Positions 20,359-30,290 of a stretch of DNA of 64,000 nt are shown piece after piece. The position numbers were made by a program, and so were the translations under genes. Each line of letters begins with the position of its first letter. Position 1 is the stretch's first letter. The stretch covers positions 864,001-928,000 of the forward strand of contig CAVUKA010000001.1 of the NCBI GenBank assembly GCA_963741945.1, read 5' to 3'. The stretch comes from an uncultured Gemmatimonadales bacterium (GTDB lineage: Bacteria > Gemmatimonadota > Gemmatimonadetes > Longimicrobiales > RSA9). Under the pieces are notes generated by a model. That model ran no database searches. It worked only from the letters and a program-made list of their open reading frames with translations, and had not been told where the DNA came from.

Positions 20359-20922
20359 TCAGCCGCAGAAGACCGCGCTCGCCACCGTCGTCACCCAGTG
20401 GCCATCGTCCGGACCCTGGGCGAACGCCGCGAAATTCTGCGTGTGCACGATCTTCCCGCCCAGCATCCACTGCTCCTTGCGCGCATCCCACGCCGCGTCC
20501 GGATCGAAATCCTCGCCCAGCACCGTGGCCAGCATGGATGCCGCCAGATCCTCCGCGTACTCCCCCGCCTGCTCCTTCGTGCGCCCGTTCATGTGCACTT
20601 CCGAGATGTACCCGTAGTGGTCCCGGTCCTTCGGCAGCGCCAGCCCGATGGACGACGCGATCCGGCGGCCCGGCTCGTTCGTGGCCATCTCCGCCAGTAC
20701 GCAGAACAGGACCTGGCCCGGACGCAACAGCCGTATGCCCTCATCCTTCGGCACGATCTCGCACCGCGGCGGGAAGATGCTCGATACGCGCACCAGGTTG
20801 TAGCTCGCGATCCCCGCGTCCCGGAGCGCTTCCTCGAAGCTCGTCAGCTTCTCCTTGGCGTACCCCACACCCGTGGTCATGAACGCCTTGGTGGGCACGA
20901 ATTGCTGCGTCTGAATGGCCAT
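20359..20922 (-). CDS. pdaD: Pyruvoyl-dependent arginine decarboxylase
   Basis: SFEEALRDAGIASYNLVRVSSIFPP with Ser-Ser self-cleavage site; GYISE; adjacent to agmatinase. Confidence 0.9.
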   Translation of the reverse strand: MAIQTQQFVPTKAFMTTGVGYAKEKLTSFEEALRDAGIASYNLVRVSSIFPPRCEIVPKDEGIRLLRPGQVLFCVLAEMATNEPGRRIASSIGLALPKDRDHYGYISEVHMNGRTKEQAGEYAEDLAASMLATVLGEDFDPDAAWDARKEQWMLGGKIVHTQNFAAFAQGPDDGHWVTTVASAVFCG

Positions 20923-21095
20923 TGATTCCTTCTTCTTGGGGGCCCCTGGCTCAATATCGGGAAATCGGTCCGGGGGAAGCTAGTGCGGGGACCCACGCAC
21001 GCAAGCAGGAAGCCAGGAGACTTCCCGCGGCGAGCACCCATGCCCGCCCGGAGAAGGCGCCCCGCGGAAGAGCCGCGGAGCGCCGCCTCCTCTCG

Positions 21096-21575
21096 TCACA
21101 TCGTCTCGATCGGGCAGCTCAATCCCTTCCACTCCAGCTGCTTCCCGGCCGACCGGCACTTCCCGCACAGACCGTAGATCTCCACCCGGTACCGCGACGG
21201 TGTGAACCCCGCTTCCCGAGCCACACGGTCCTGCACCCGCTTCAGCTCCTCCCCCTCGATCTCCGTCACTTCCCCGCACTCCTCGCAGATCAGGTGACCG
21301 TGCACCGGCGTCTGGCCGAACAGGTGCTCGTAGCGCTTGAATCCCTCCCCGAAATCACGCTCCGCCACCAGCCCGCTCTTCACCAGCATCTCCATCGTCC
21401 GGTACACCGTCGCCTTTCCCGTCTTCTCCCCCCGCTCCCGCAGCCGCGCCTCGATCTCCTCCACCGACAGGTGCCCCTCCGTCGAGAACACCACCTCCGC
21501 CACTGCCTCCCGCTGCTGCGTGACTGGTAGCCCCTGCTCTTTCAGGTAGCGTCGGAACAGATGCACATAGCTCAT
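21096..21575 (-). CDS. fur: Fur family transcriptional regulator
   Basis: TQQR, HLSVEE, ATVYRT, HGHLICEECG, GLCGKC. Confidence 0.88.
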   Translation of the reverse strand: MSYVHLFRRYLKEQGLPVTQQREAVAEVVFSTEGHLSVEEIEARLRERGEKTGKATVYRTMEMLVKSGLVAERDFGEGFKRYEHLFGQTPVHGHLICEECGEVTEIEGEELKRVQDRVAREAGFTPSRYRVEIYGLCGKCRSAGKQLEWKGLSCPIETM

Positions 21576-21589
21576 GGCGGCTCCTTCCC

Positions 21590-21608
21590 GTAATCAATAC
21601 TCATTATC
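21590..21608 (-). promoter_or_regulatory. Fur-box-like AT-rich site upstream of fur
   Basis: Minus strand GATAATGAGTATTGATTAC; first 8 nt match the GATAATGA half site. Confidence 0.45.
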
Positions 21609-21678
21609 GATAGCGGACCCGCCCCCGTTGCGCAATCGCACGGCCGCGCGCCTCCAGCACCCGCCGCACGGCGCGCCC

Positions 21679-22395
21679 TCATGGCTTTCGCCGGCGGTCC
21701 TCCGCCAGCGTCTCTTCGAGGTGATGCTCGGCGAGCTCGTGGAGCATCCGGTTCCAGCGGGTGGTCTCGCCATCGATGCGGACGGTGCGCGGAGAGGACC
21801 CGGGCTGTTCTTTGAGCCGCTCGACCACCTCTTCCACCATCCGCCCGAGGCGCTCTGCGGGTGCGGAGCCGTACTCGTCCAGGCGGATGCGGGGGGCGGG
21901 CCCCTCTTTCGGGGCGGTATAGTGGGCGGCCAGAACGCGGCGTCGTTCGCTTCCAGGCTCCGTGAAGGCGGCGACGACCACGATGGCCGTCTCCCCGGTC
22001 AGGAGGCGACGTGGGGGGAAGAGCCAGACGCGGTCGATGTCCTCGACGCCGATGTCGACTTCAATGGTGGTCAGGAGCCGGAAGAGGGGGGTGTCGGGCA
22101 GGCTGCGATCTGCAGCGTCGCCCTGTCCGGTTCCGCCGCGTTCTCCGCCGGACCCATCGCTCGCTGCCGCATCCCGGGCGGGCCTCCCGGCCCGATCCTC
22201 GGAGGACCGGTCCTGCGCCGGGCCCGCGAAGGGGTCGAGGAGCGGGTCGGGCCGATGGCCGGGATCGGTGCTGTCGGGCGTGTCGCCCTGGGGCGCCTGC
22301 GCGAACCCCTGCTCCGAGAGGATGCGGGCGAGGCGCTCGCCCGGATCGTCGGGCGCGTGTTCCGGCACCGGGGGATCGGACGCCCGCGCGGTCAT
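21679..22395 (-). CDS. Hypothetical protein (disordered N-terminus)
   Basis: ATGA overlap with upstream gene; globular-looking C-terminal half. Confidence 0.65.
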   Translation of the reverse strand: MTARASDPPVPEHAPDDPGERLARILSEQGFAQAPQGDTPDSTDPGHRPDPLLDPFAGPAQDRSSEDRAGRPARDAAASDGSGGERGGTGQGDAADRSLPDTPLFRLLTTIEVDIGVEDIDRVWLFPPRRLLTGETAIVVVAAFTEPGSERRRVLAAHYTAPKEGPAPRIRLDEYGSAPAERLGRMVEEVVERLKEQPGSSPRTVRIDGETTRWNRMLHELAEHHLEETLAEDRRRKP

Positions 22396-23465
22396 CCCGC
22401 CCGACGCGCGATGTCGAACGTTTCGCGAACGGCTTTCCTGGTGGCTTCGAGGACGCGAGGTCGTGTGGCCTCCATCGGCCCGCCCACCAGTGCGCCGGCG
22501 GCCTTGACGTGCCCGCCCCCCCCGAACTCCCGGGCGATGGCGTTCACGTCCACTTCGCCGTTCGAGCGGAAAGAGATCTTCGTGGCGCCATCGAGCGTCT
22601 CCCTGAACATCAGGGCCACTTCGGTCCCCTCGATGTTGCGGGCGTACTCCGCGACCCCGTCGAGGTCGTCGGCGGTGGCGCCCATCCCGTGCGTGACCTC
22701 CCGGGGGATGCTGATCCAGGTGATGGGCAGCTCGTTGTCCGTGTCCAGGTGCTCCAGCGCGATGCGCAGCATGCGGATGCGCTCGAGGGGTACGGTGGCG
22801 TGGAGCCTTCGGTAAACCCGCTCGGGATCGATCCCGCGTCGCACGAGGTCGGCGGCGACGCCATGGGTGCGGGCGGTGGTGTTGGCGAAACGGAAGGAGC
22901 CCGTGTCCGTCTCGATGGCCGCGTAGAGGCCTTCCAGCATCGGCTGACTCCAGTCGCGCGTTCCGGCGGTCACGAACAGGTCGTACACCAGCTCGCCGGT
23001 GGCGCAGGCGGAGGGGTCCCGCACGCCGGGGCCGGGGATGGAATCCTCCCCGGCCGGATGATGATCGATCACGACCACGGCATCTTCGCGCACCCCTTTG
23101 GCCACCCTCCCGATCCGCCCCGCCTCGCCCGTGTCCAGCACCACCAGCAGGTCCGCGTCACGCACGCGCGCGTCGAGAGCGGTACCGGGCGACAGCACCT
23201 CGACGCCATCGGAGAGCATGTACGTGAAGCGCTCGGGGAACGCCGTGGGATTGGCGATGGCGACGTGCTTCCCGCGCGCCAGCAGCCATGCGGCGAGCGC
23301 GGCTTCGGAGCCGGCGCCGTCGCCATCGGCGTTGACGTGCGTCGTGAGGACGAGGTGATTCGCGGCGTCCAGCACCGGGATCAGCTCCAGCAGCGCCGCC
23401 CGTCGACCGGTCGGGATGGCGAGGATCTCTTCGATCGGCGTTTCCGCCGCATTTGGCTCAGTCAC
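22392..23465 (-). CDS. nrnA: DHH phosphoesterase (oligoribonuclease/pAp phosphatase)
   Basis: THVNADGD, IDHH, TDTGSF, SFRS, GGGGH motifs. Confidence 0.88.
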   Translation of the reverse strand: MTEPNAAETPIEEILAIPTGRRAALLELIPVLDAANHLVLTTHVNADGDGAGSEAALAAWLLARGKHVAIANPTAFPERFTYMLSDGVEVLSPGTALDARVRDADLLVVLDTGEAGRIGRVAKGVREDAVVVIDHHPAGEDSIPGPGVRDPSACATGELVYDLFVTAGTRDWSQPMLEGLYAAIETDTGSFRFANTTARTHGVAADLVRRGIDPERVYRRLHATVPLERIRMLRIALEHLDTDNELPITWISIPREVTHGMGATADDLDGVAEYARNIEGTEVALMFRETLDGATKISFRSNGEVDVNAIAREFGGGGHVKAAGALVGGPMEATRPRVLEATRKAVRETFDIARRAG

Positions 23466-23507
23466 GTGGCAACTCTACCGGAAGCCCGGGGTCGCCGGCA
23501 AGGCGGG

Positions 23508-24767
23508 TCAGGGCAGGACCTTGGCCACGGTGGAGGCCAGATGGACCAGGCGGGACGATTCCCGGCCGCTCACTGTTCCCTGCGCGAGCGCCTCGAGGAA
23601 GGAGGGAGCATTGTTGTCGAACGCCGGGACCTCCACGTACGCGCGCCCGATCTCGCGAAGGGTATGCGCGTCCGATCCGCCACCAGTGGGCAGCCCCCGG
23701 GCCCGGGCCCAGTCCCGGGCCCGGTCGTTGAGCGACGGGTCGTGCAGCCGCGCGTTGAACGCTTCCACGATGTCCACCCGGTCCTCGATGAGCGGGAGGA
23801 TCTTTCCGCTTCCGCCCTTGCCGCCCGCGAACGGGTGCGGCACGTAGACCAGGCCACCCTGCTCGTGGATCCGCTCGCACGTCTCCACGGCCCCCGTTCC
23901 CTTCGGAATCCACTCGGAAAGATAGAGCCCCACCACATCCACGCCCTCCGCCGTCTTCACCTCCTCGCCCGGGATCACCCGGTCCGGGTAGCGGGCGCAC
24001 AGGTCGAGCGCGGCTTCGATCTCGTTGTGGTCCGTGATGCAGACCCGCCCGAGACCGGCCTCAACCGCACGCTCCACCACCGCGTCCGGGTGGCTCCGGC
24101 AGTCGAACGAGAGGCGCGTGTGCACGTGCATGTCCACCCGCACCCGTCCCGCGGAGGACGATTCCCGGGCGCCCGCCCTGCGCCGGATCTCGCGCCACGC
24201 CGCCGCCGCGGCTTTCTCGAGCTCCTCCCGCGAGCCGTCGTTCCGGATGAGCACGTCCGCACGGCCCCGCTTCCCGGCCACCGGCATCTGGGACCGCATC
24301 ACCCCGCGGATCTCCTCGGCGGTGAGCCCGCGGTCCCGCGCCAGCCGGTTCGCCCGCACCTCCGCTGGCGCGTCCACCAGAACCACCATGTCGAACGCGT
24401 CCGCGAGATCGAGCTCGAAGAGGAGCGGAATGTCGTGCACCACGATCTCCCACCCCTCCTCCGCGAGCCGCGCCTCCTCGGCCTCGCGCAGCCGCTGCAC
24501 TTCGGGGTGGACGATCGCCTCCAGCCGCCGCCTCGCCGAATCGTCGGCGAACACGCGGCGGCGCAGCGCCGCCCGGTCCAGCTGACCGTCCCGGACGACC
24601 TCGTCGCCGAACGACTCTCGTACCCGCTCCAGTCCGGCGGACCCCGGCTCCACCGCCCGACGGGCCAGCGCGTCCGCGTCGATCACCGCCGCGCCGAGCT
24701 TCGTCCACGCCCGGGCGACGCTGGACTTCCCGCTCGCCACGTTCCCCGTCAGACCGACTCGGAACAC
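23508..24767 (-). CDS. coaE: Dephospho-CoA kinase fused to a PHP-family phosphoesterase
   Basis: N-terminal GLTGNVASGKS, IDAD, HPEV, DIPLLFE; C-terminal DMHVHT, ITDHN, HPF, GGSDAH in one frame. Confidence 0.9.
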   Translation of the reverse strand: MFRVGLTGNVASGKSSVARAWTKLGAAVIDADALARRAVEPGSAGLERVRESFGDEVVRDGQLDRAALRRRVFADDSARRRLEAIVHPEVQRLREAEEARLAEEGWEIVVHDIPLLFELDLADAFDMVVLVDAPAEVRANRLARDRGLTAEEIRGVMRSQMPVAGKRGRADVLIRNDGSREELEKAAAAAWREIRRRAGARESSSAGRVRVDMHVHTRLSFDCRSHPDAVVERAVEAGLGRVCITDHNEIEAALDLCARYPDRVIPGEEVKTAEGVDVVGLYLSEWIPKGTGAVETCERIHEQGGLVYVPHPFAGGKGGSGKILPLIEDRVDIVEAFNARLHDPSLNDRARDWARARGLPTGGGSDAHTLREIGRAYVEVPAFDNNAPSFLEALAQGTVSGRESSRLVHLASTVAKVLP

Positions 24768-24770
24768 CGG

Positions 24771-25220
24771 CTACCGCCTGCGCAGGCCGCTGCGGAAGGA
24801 ACGCGACGGCGCGTAGCGCATCGAGTCGCGGATATCGTCCGCGGTCCCGTACGCGGCGTCACGCCCGGCCGAGATCAGATAAAGGCTGTCCCGACGCTGC
24901 TGCACGGTGTACGGCACACCCCAGGGATCCAGCCCGTCCTCGCTCAGCTTCCGGACGACCAGGTAGTTCGCGAAATCACGCGCCTCCGGCGGAGGACGAC
25001 CCCGGTTCCGATCCCCCGTCAGGCGGGACACGAAATGCCCCAGCTGCGTCTTGGCCTGGATCTCACGATACGGATCCAGGATCGGCGACATGGGACCCTC
25101 GAGCTTCGCCCCCAGCCAGAGACGAAAGACATCGAGATGCGGATCCACCCGCTGCCGAAGCGGCGGCACCGTCACGGTGGCAAGGCCGAGGAAGAGGATT
25201 ACCAGAACCAATCGCTTCAT
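24771..25220 (-). CDS. Membrane-anchored protein with GspG-like C-terminus
   Basis: N-terminal TM; DPWGVPY and ISAGRDAAYGTADDI motifs. Confidence 0.6.
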   Translation of the reverse strand: MKRLVLVILFLGLATVTVPPLRQRVDPHLDVFRLWLGAKLEGPMSPILDPYREIQAKTQLGHFVSRLTGDRNRGRPPPEARDFANYLVVRKLSEDGLDPWGVPYTVQQRRDSLYLISAGRDAAYGTADDIRDSMRYAPSRSFRSGLRRR

Positions 25221-25492
25221 TTCGCCCGCACCTCCCTTCGCCGCGTGCGGTGCATCCGGTTGGCCCAGCTCACGTACCGCGCGAGCTCCCCGACCGTCGG
25301 AGAGCGACCCTCCTCGCCGTACGCAGTGTGCAGGCGCCAGGACACGTATTCCCGCGGCGGCAGCGGCAGGAATGGGAAACGACGCCACCAGCCCCGGGCG
25401 CGGAACCGCCAGCCGGCGCGCGCCAGACCCACCAACACGCGGGGTCGCCCCAGAGTAAGGCCCAGCAGGCTTGCGAGCGTCTTGGTTTCCAC
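25217..25492 (-). CDS. Small hypothetical protein
   Basis: GTG start; WWRRFPFLPLP..WRLHTAYG; ATGA overlap with the next gene. Confidence 0.6.
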   Translation of the reverse strand: METKTLASLLGLTLGRPRVLVGLARAGWRFRARGWWRRFPFLPLPPREYVSWRLHTAYGEEGRSPTVGELARYVSWANRMHRTRRREVRAK

Positions 25493-25747
25493 AGTCCGTT
25501 TGTGAGGTGATCCGGGGAGGGAACCCAGGAACGAAGATACTCGAACATACGATTCCGGTCGAGGGAGATGGCAGGCGGCGCCGCCGCCGTCGGGTTCTGT
25601 TCGCGGGAGTTGTGGTTTCGTTCCGGGACGCGCGCATGGTCCGCGGGGACCAACAACTCCCGCCAACAGAGCCAGCTCCAGCCCGGCGGACGGTAGCGGT
25701 CGTCAGGCGAGAATGGTTATCTTTTCCGGTCTGTCCACTCAAACGGG

Positions 25748-27928
25748 ATGAGCATGGCCTCCAGAGAAGCCAAGCCGAAACAGGGGAAGTCCGGCGGAAC
25801 GGGGGCGACGCGGAAGTCGTCCGGAAACGGCCGCCGGAGCGGACTGGATGCGTCGACGCTTCTGGCGCTGTACCGGACGATGGTCGCGGCGCGAAGGACC
25901 GATGACAAGGAGATCGGTCTGAAGCGGCAGAACAAGATCTTCTTCCAGATCTCCGGCGCGGGCCACGAGGCGGCGCAGGTGGCAGTGGCCCACCACCTCC
26001 GTCCGGGCAAGGACTGGTCGTACCTGTATTACCGGGACCGTGCCCTCAGCCAGGCGCTCGGTGTGACGCCGTACGAGCAGCTGCTCCAGGCGGTGGGGGC
26101 GGAGGTGGACCCGGCGAGTGGCGGACGGCAGATGCCGTCGCACTGGGGGCATCGGGAGCTGCGGATCGTCAGCACGTCCTCGCCCACGGGGACGCAGTAC
26201 CTGCAGGCGGCGGGCACGGCGGAAGGCGCATGGCGCGCGGGGCTGCTCGAGGACATGCGTGAGAGGATCGAGTCGTTCGAGGACGACGAGGTGGTCCTCT
26301 GCACGACGGGCGAGGGACAGACGTCGGAGGGTGAGTTCTGGGAGGCGCTGAACACCGCGTCGAACCTGAAGCTCCCCGTCGTCTTCCTTGTCGAGGACAA
26401 CGGCTACGCCATCTCGGTGCCGGTGGAAGTGAACACGGCGGGCGGCAAGATCAGCAAGGTGGTCAGCGGGTTCCCGGACCTGTTCATCGAGGAGTACGAT
26501 GGCACGGACCTCCTGCAGAGCCTGGAAGCGTCTCGCAGGGCGGTGGAGCACTGCCGCAAGCGGAAGGGTCCGGCGCTGCTCCACGCTCACGTGATCCGGC
26601 CGTACTCCCACTCGATGTCCGATGACGAGCGGATGTACAAGACGGCGAAGGAGCGTGAGTCGGAAGCGGCGAGGGACCCGCTGGTCACGTTCCGGGCGTA
26701 CCTGGAGGACGAGGGCATTGCAGCGGCGGAGGCGCTGGACACGCTCGAACAGGAAGTCCGCGACGAGGTGAACGAGGCCGCCGACCGGGCGCTGGAGCAG
26801 CCGCAGCCGGCGCCGGAGACGGCGATGAAGTTCCTCTACTCGGAGGAAGCGGACCCGACGTCGTCCGAGTTCGACACGGAGGATACGCCGGCGTTCGAGG
26901 GGGACGAGACCACCATGGTGGACCTCCTCAATTCATGCCTCCGCGACGAGATGGAGCGGGACCCGCGGATCGTTCTGTTCGGCGAGGACGTGGCCGATGC
27001 CAGCCGGGAGGAAGTGCTCGGCGAGTGCAAGGGCAAGGGCGGCGTCTTCAAGGTGACGTGGGGGCTCCAGCAGAGGTTCGGCGGCACCCGCGTCTTCAAC
27101 TCTCCGCTGGCCGAGGCCAATATCGTGGGCCGCGCCATCGGCATGGCGCTGCGCGGGCTAAAGCCGGTGGTGGAGATCCAGTTCTTCGACTACATCTGGC
27201 CGGCGTTCCAGCAGCTGCGCAACGAGCTGGCCACCATGCGCTACCGCTCTGGTGGCACCTGGGCCGCGCCCGTGGTGGTGCGGGTCACGTACGGCGGATA
27301 CCTCAAGGGTGGCGCCATCTACCACAGTCAGACGGGCGAGACGCTGTTCACCCATACGCCCGGGCTGCGCGTGGTCCTGCCATCGACGGCGCTCGATGCC
27401 GCCGGTCTGCTGCGCACCGCCATCCGCTCCGAGGACCCGGTCATGTTCCTGGAGCACAAGCACCTGTACCGCCAGGTCTACAACAAGAGCCCCTATCCGG
27501 GCCCTGACTTCATGATCCCCTTCGGCAAGGCGAAGGTGGTGCGCGAGGGGACGGACCTGACCGTGGTGACGTGCGGCGCCGTGGTGAAGCGGTCGCTCGA
27601 CGCGGCGAGAATGGCGCAGGACCAGGACGGGATCAGCACGGAGGTCATCGACCTGCGCAGCCTGAACCCGCTGGACATGGAGACCATCGCCGCCAGCGTG
27701 AAGAAGACCAACAAGGTCATCGTCGCCCACGAAGACAGCCTGAGCTGGGGCATCGGGAGCGAGATCAGCGCCCGAATCGCCAGTGACCTGTTCGAATGGC
27801 TGGACGGCCCCGTGAAGCGGGTCGCCAGCCTGGACACGTGGGTGGCGTACGCGCCGCAGCTCGAAGCGGCGATCCTCCCGGATGCGGAGAAGGTGCTGAC
27901 GGCGATCCGGGAGCTGGCGCGGTACTAG
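25748..27928 (+). CDS. 2-oxoacid dehydrogenase E1, fused alpha/beta (branched-chain type likely)
   Basis: GHEA, YYRD, GRQMPSH, GEG..N ThDP motif, GEDVA, SPLAE, EIQFFDY, LEHK. Confidence 0.92.
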   Translation: MSMASREAKPKQGKSGGTGATRKSSGNGRRSGLDASTLLALYRTMVAARRTDDKEIGLKRQNKIFFQISGAGHEAAQVAVAHHLRPGKDWSYLYYRDRALSQALGVTPYEQLLQAVGAEVDPASGGRQMPSHWGHRELRIVSTSSPTGTQYLQAAGTAEGAWRAGLLEDMRERIESFEDDEVVLCTTGEGQTSEGEFWEALNTASNLKLPVVFLVEDNGYAISVPVEVNTAGGKISKVVSGFPDLFIEEYDGTDLLQSLEASRRAVEHCRKRKGPALLHAHVIRPYSHSMSDDERMYKTAKERESEAARDPLVTFRAYLEDEGIAAAEALDTLEQEVRDEVNEAADRALEQPQPAPETAMKFLYSEEADPTSSEFDTEDTPAFEGDETTMVDLLNSCLRDEMERDPRIVLFGEDVADASREEVLGECKGKGGVFKVTWGLQQRFGGTRVFNSPLAEANIVGRAIGMALRGLKPVVEIQFFDYIWPAFQQLRNELATMRYRSGGTWAAPVVVRVTYGGYLKGGAIYHSQTGETLFTHTPGLRVVLPSTALDAAGLLRTAIRSEDPVMFLEHKHLYRQVYNKSPYPGPDFMIPFGKAKVVREGTDLTVVTCGAVVKRSLDAARMAQDQDGISTEVIDLRSLNPLDMETIAASVKKTNKVIVAHEDSLSWGIGSEISARIASDLFEWLDGPVKRVASLDTWVAYAPQLEAAILPDAEKVLTAIRELARY

Positions 27929-27946
27929 CCCCCGAGGCTCCGCCCC

Positions 27947-29056
27947 ATGCCCTCCACGGCCCGCTTCCTCCGGCAGTTCCTCCTGCCGCGTCCAGGCGCG
28001 ATTCTCGAGGAGGAGACCACGTATCGGCGGGGGGATGAGATGCTCCCGGCCACGCTGTACCGGCCGCGTCGGCGCGGCCGGGGCGGGCGGCCTCTTCCAG
28101 GCTGGATGACGCTGCACGGCCTCACCTACCACGGGCGGGCGCACCCCTCACTTCGGCGCTTCGCGCGCAGCCTCGCGGCATCCGGCGCCGTGGTCCTCGT
28201 GCCCGACCTCCCCGAATGGCGGGCGCTCCACGTGGCGCCGCGCAGGACCGTGGATACCATCCGTGCCGCGGTGCTGGAGCTGGACGGGCGCGGCCTCACG
28301 GAGCCCGGCCGCATCGGCGTGATGGGATTTTCGTTCGGCGCAACGCAGGCCCTGATCGCGGCCACGGAGCCTGTGCTTCGGGACAGGATCGCCGGCGTGG
28401 CGGCCTGGGGCGGGTACGCCGACATACGGCGCGTCGCACGCTTCATGTTCCTGGGCGAGCACGAGCTGGACGGCACGCGTCATCACGTGGAGCCCGACCC
28501 GTACGGCCGCTGGATCCTCGCGGGCAACTACCTGCCGCTCCTTCCGGAGCACCGGGACGACGTCGCCCTTCCGGCGGCGCTGCTGGCGCTGGCGCGGGAG
28601 GCCGGCCGGCTGGGGATCATGGCATGGGACCCGCAGCTGGACCAGCGGAAGGCGGCCGCCCGCGCGGGTCTCACGCCGGAAGCCCGGGAGCTGTTCGATC
28701 TGCTCGCCGTACCCGCGGGTGCGACGCTGTCGCCCGACCAGCGGACCCGGGTCGCCACGCTGGTCGACCGGCTGGCCGACGCCGCGCTCGCCGCGGAGCC
28801 GATCCTGGACCCCGGTCCCTGGCTTTCCAGCGTCCCGGTGCCGGTCTTCCTTGCCCACGGCCGCGACGACCGGTTGATCCCGTGGACGGAGATGGTGCGG
28901 CTGCGGCGAGCGCTACCGCCCGATCGCCTGACCGGTGGCGGGATCACGTCGCTCTTCTCCCACTCTTTCGGCCAGCGCCACGCCCCGTCGCTGCGTACAG
29001 CGGTGGAGGCCGTGCGCTTCGTCCGGCTGCTGAACGGGCTGGTGGGGCTGGTCTGA
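27947..29056 (+). CDS. Alpha/beta hydrolase
   Basis: LHG, GFSFG nucleophile elbow, HGRDDRLIP. Confidence 0.75.
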   Translation: MPSTARFLRQFLLPRPGAILEEETTYRRGDEMLPATLYRPRRRGRGGRPLPGWMTLHGLTYHGRAHPSLRRFARSLAASGAVVLVPDLPEWRALHVAPRRTVDTIRAAVLELDGRGLTEPGRIGVMGFSFGATQALIAATEPVLRDRIAGVAAWGGYADIRRVARFMFLGEHELDGTRHHVEPDPYGRWILAGNYLPLLPEHRDDVALPAALLALAREAGRLGIMAWDPQLDQRKAAARAGLTPEARELFDLLAVPAGATLSPDQRTRVATLVDRLADAALAAEPILDPGPWLSSVPVPVFLAHGRDDRLIPWTEMVRLRRALPPDRLTGGGITSLFSHSFGQRHAPSLRTAVEAVRFVRLLNGLVGLV

Positions 29057-29076
29057 GAGGCCGAGGATCGGGAGGG

Positions 29077-30099
29077 TCAGCCCGCGCGCACGCCCCGGAG
29101 CGCTTCCACCGCGTCGGTGATCCGGGCCAGCATCCACTCGGTGGCCTCCGGGTCCCCGGGTGTGTCCGACATGGCGGGCTTCCCGGCGCGATCCAGCGTC
29201 ACGCGTGCCATCGAGCGGTGGCCCCCGCCCCGCCCCTCCTGCTCCGCCAGCGCCCGCGCCAGGTCGCCCGCCCCCAACCCGGCCCCCACGCGTCGGATGT
29301 TCAGAACGATCTCGTCCCCGACGACGCCGGCCGCGGCGGACCAGGAAACGCCCTCGATGGTGAGGCAGAAGTCGGCCAGGTTCGGCAGGACGTGGGCAGC
29401 GCGGGCGTCGAGGCGCCCGACGTAGGCGACGGCGACGTCGCCCTGCTTGCGGAGCCCGGCCAGCGCCTGCCCCGTGGCACGCACGCCGTCCTCGGAGAAC
29501 GCGGGCCGCCCGATCTTTCGGAGCAGCTCCTGGTCCGCCACTCCCTGCAGGAACGCGTACGCTTCCACATCGGCGCCGGTCGTGCCCCGGCGCAACACTT
29601 CCGTGTCGGTCCGGATCCCGTACAGCAGCGCGGTCGCCAGTCGAGGCGTGATCCGGCGCACGTCTCCCACCCGGAGATACTGCGTCACCATGGTGGACAC
29701 TGCTCCCATGTCGGGGCGGATGTCGAGGAAGTCGGCCGTGTAGCCTTCGCGCGCCGGGTGGTGGTCGATGACCGCGAAGCGCGGACGCGTGGCCGAAGCG
29801 CCCGGCTGCGTGTCCGCCGTGATCACCCGCTTGAAGCCGTTCAGCTCCGCGTCCGTCACCCGTACCACGCGGAGGTCCAGCAGCTCCGTCATCCGCTGGT
29901 TCTCGGCGCGGGTCACCTCGCCCAGGCTGATCAGCGGGCTCTCTTCTTCACGCCGGTGCAGGAGCGTGCGCAGCCCCAGCGCGCTCGCCATCCCGTCCGG
30001 ATCCGGATCGTCCTGCACCAGGATCGGCACCACCGCCGCGCCCCGGGCGAACGCCCGCAGCTCGTGGACTTTCCGGGCAACATCATCTTTCGGCTTCAT
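29077..30099 (-). CDS. DHH family phosphoesterase
   Basis: DPDPDG, IDHHP, GIRTDT, GGGH motifs. Confidence 0.85.
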   Translation of the reverse strand: MKPKDDVARKVHELRAFARGAAVVPILVQDDPDPDGMASALGLRTLLHRREEESPLISLGEVTRAENQRMTELLDLRVVRVTDAELNGFKRVITADTQPGASATRPRFAVIDHHPAREGYTADFLDIRPDMGAVSTMVTQYLRVGDVRRITPRLATALLYGIRTDTEVLRRGTTGADVEAYAFLQGVADQELLRKIGRPAFSEDGVRATGQALAGLRKQGDVAVAYVGRLDARAAHVLPNLADFCLTIEGVSWSAAAGVVGDEIVLNIRRVGAGLGAGDLARALAEQEGRGGGHRSMARVTLDRAGKPAMSDTPGDPEATEWMLARITDAVEALRGVRAG

Positions 30100-30290
30100 C
30101 GGCACCACATTCTCCCGGCGGCGGAGTGCGACCGGCTCCTCGCTCCCGGTCCCGAGCCGCCTGCGGCTTCGACGATGCCCGTTCCCGGCACCGCGGGCAA
30201 CCCCCCGCCCCCGGCCTCCCACGGTTTACCCGCTCCCCGTGGTTGGATATGTTTCCGGCAAAGCTCCGGCAAATACCCCCGACCTGCAAC

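Noticed and set aside
20950-21030. Cobalamin-riboswitch-like fragments (GGGAAATCGGT, AGCCAGGAGAC)
   Set aside because: Opposite strand to the flanking genes, and the central GCCACTG core is missing
22011-25505. Long antisense and alternate-frame ORFs (also 36746..39574, 3223..5541, 61229..63199)
   Set aside because: Shadow ORFs expected in high-GC DNA, opposite well-supported genes
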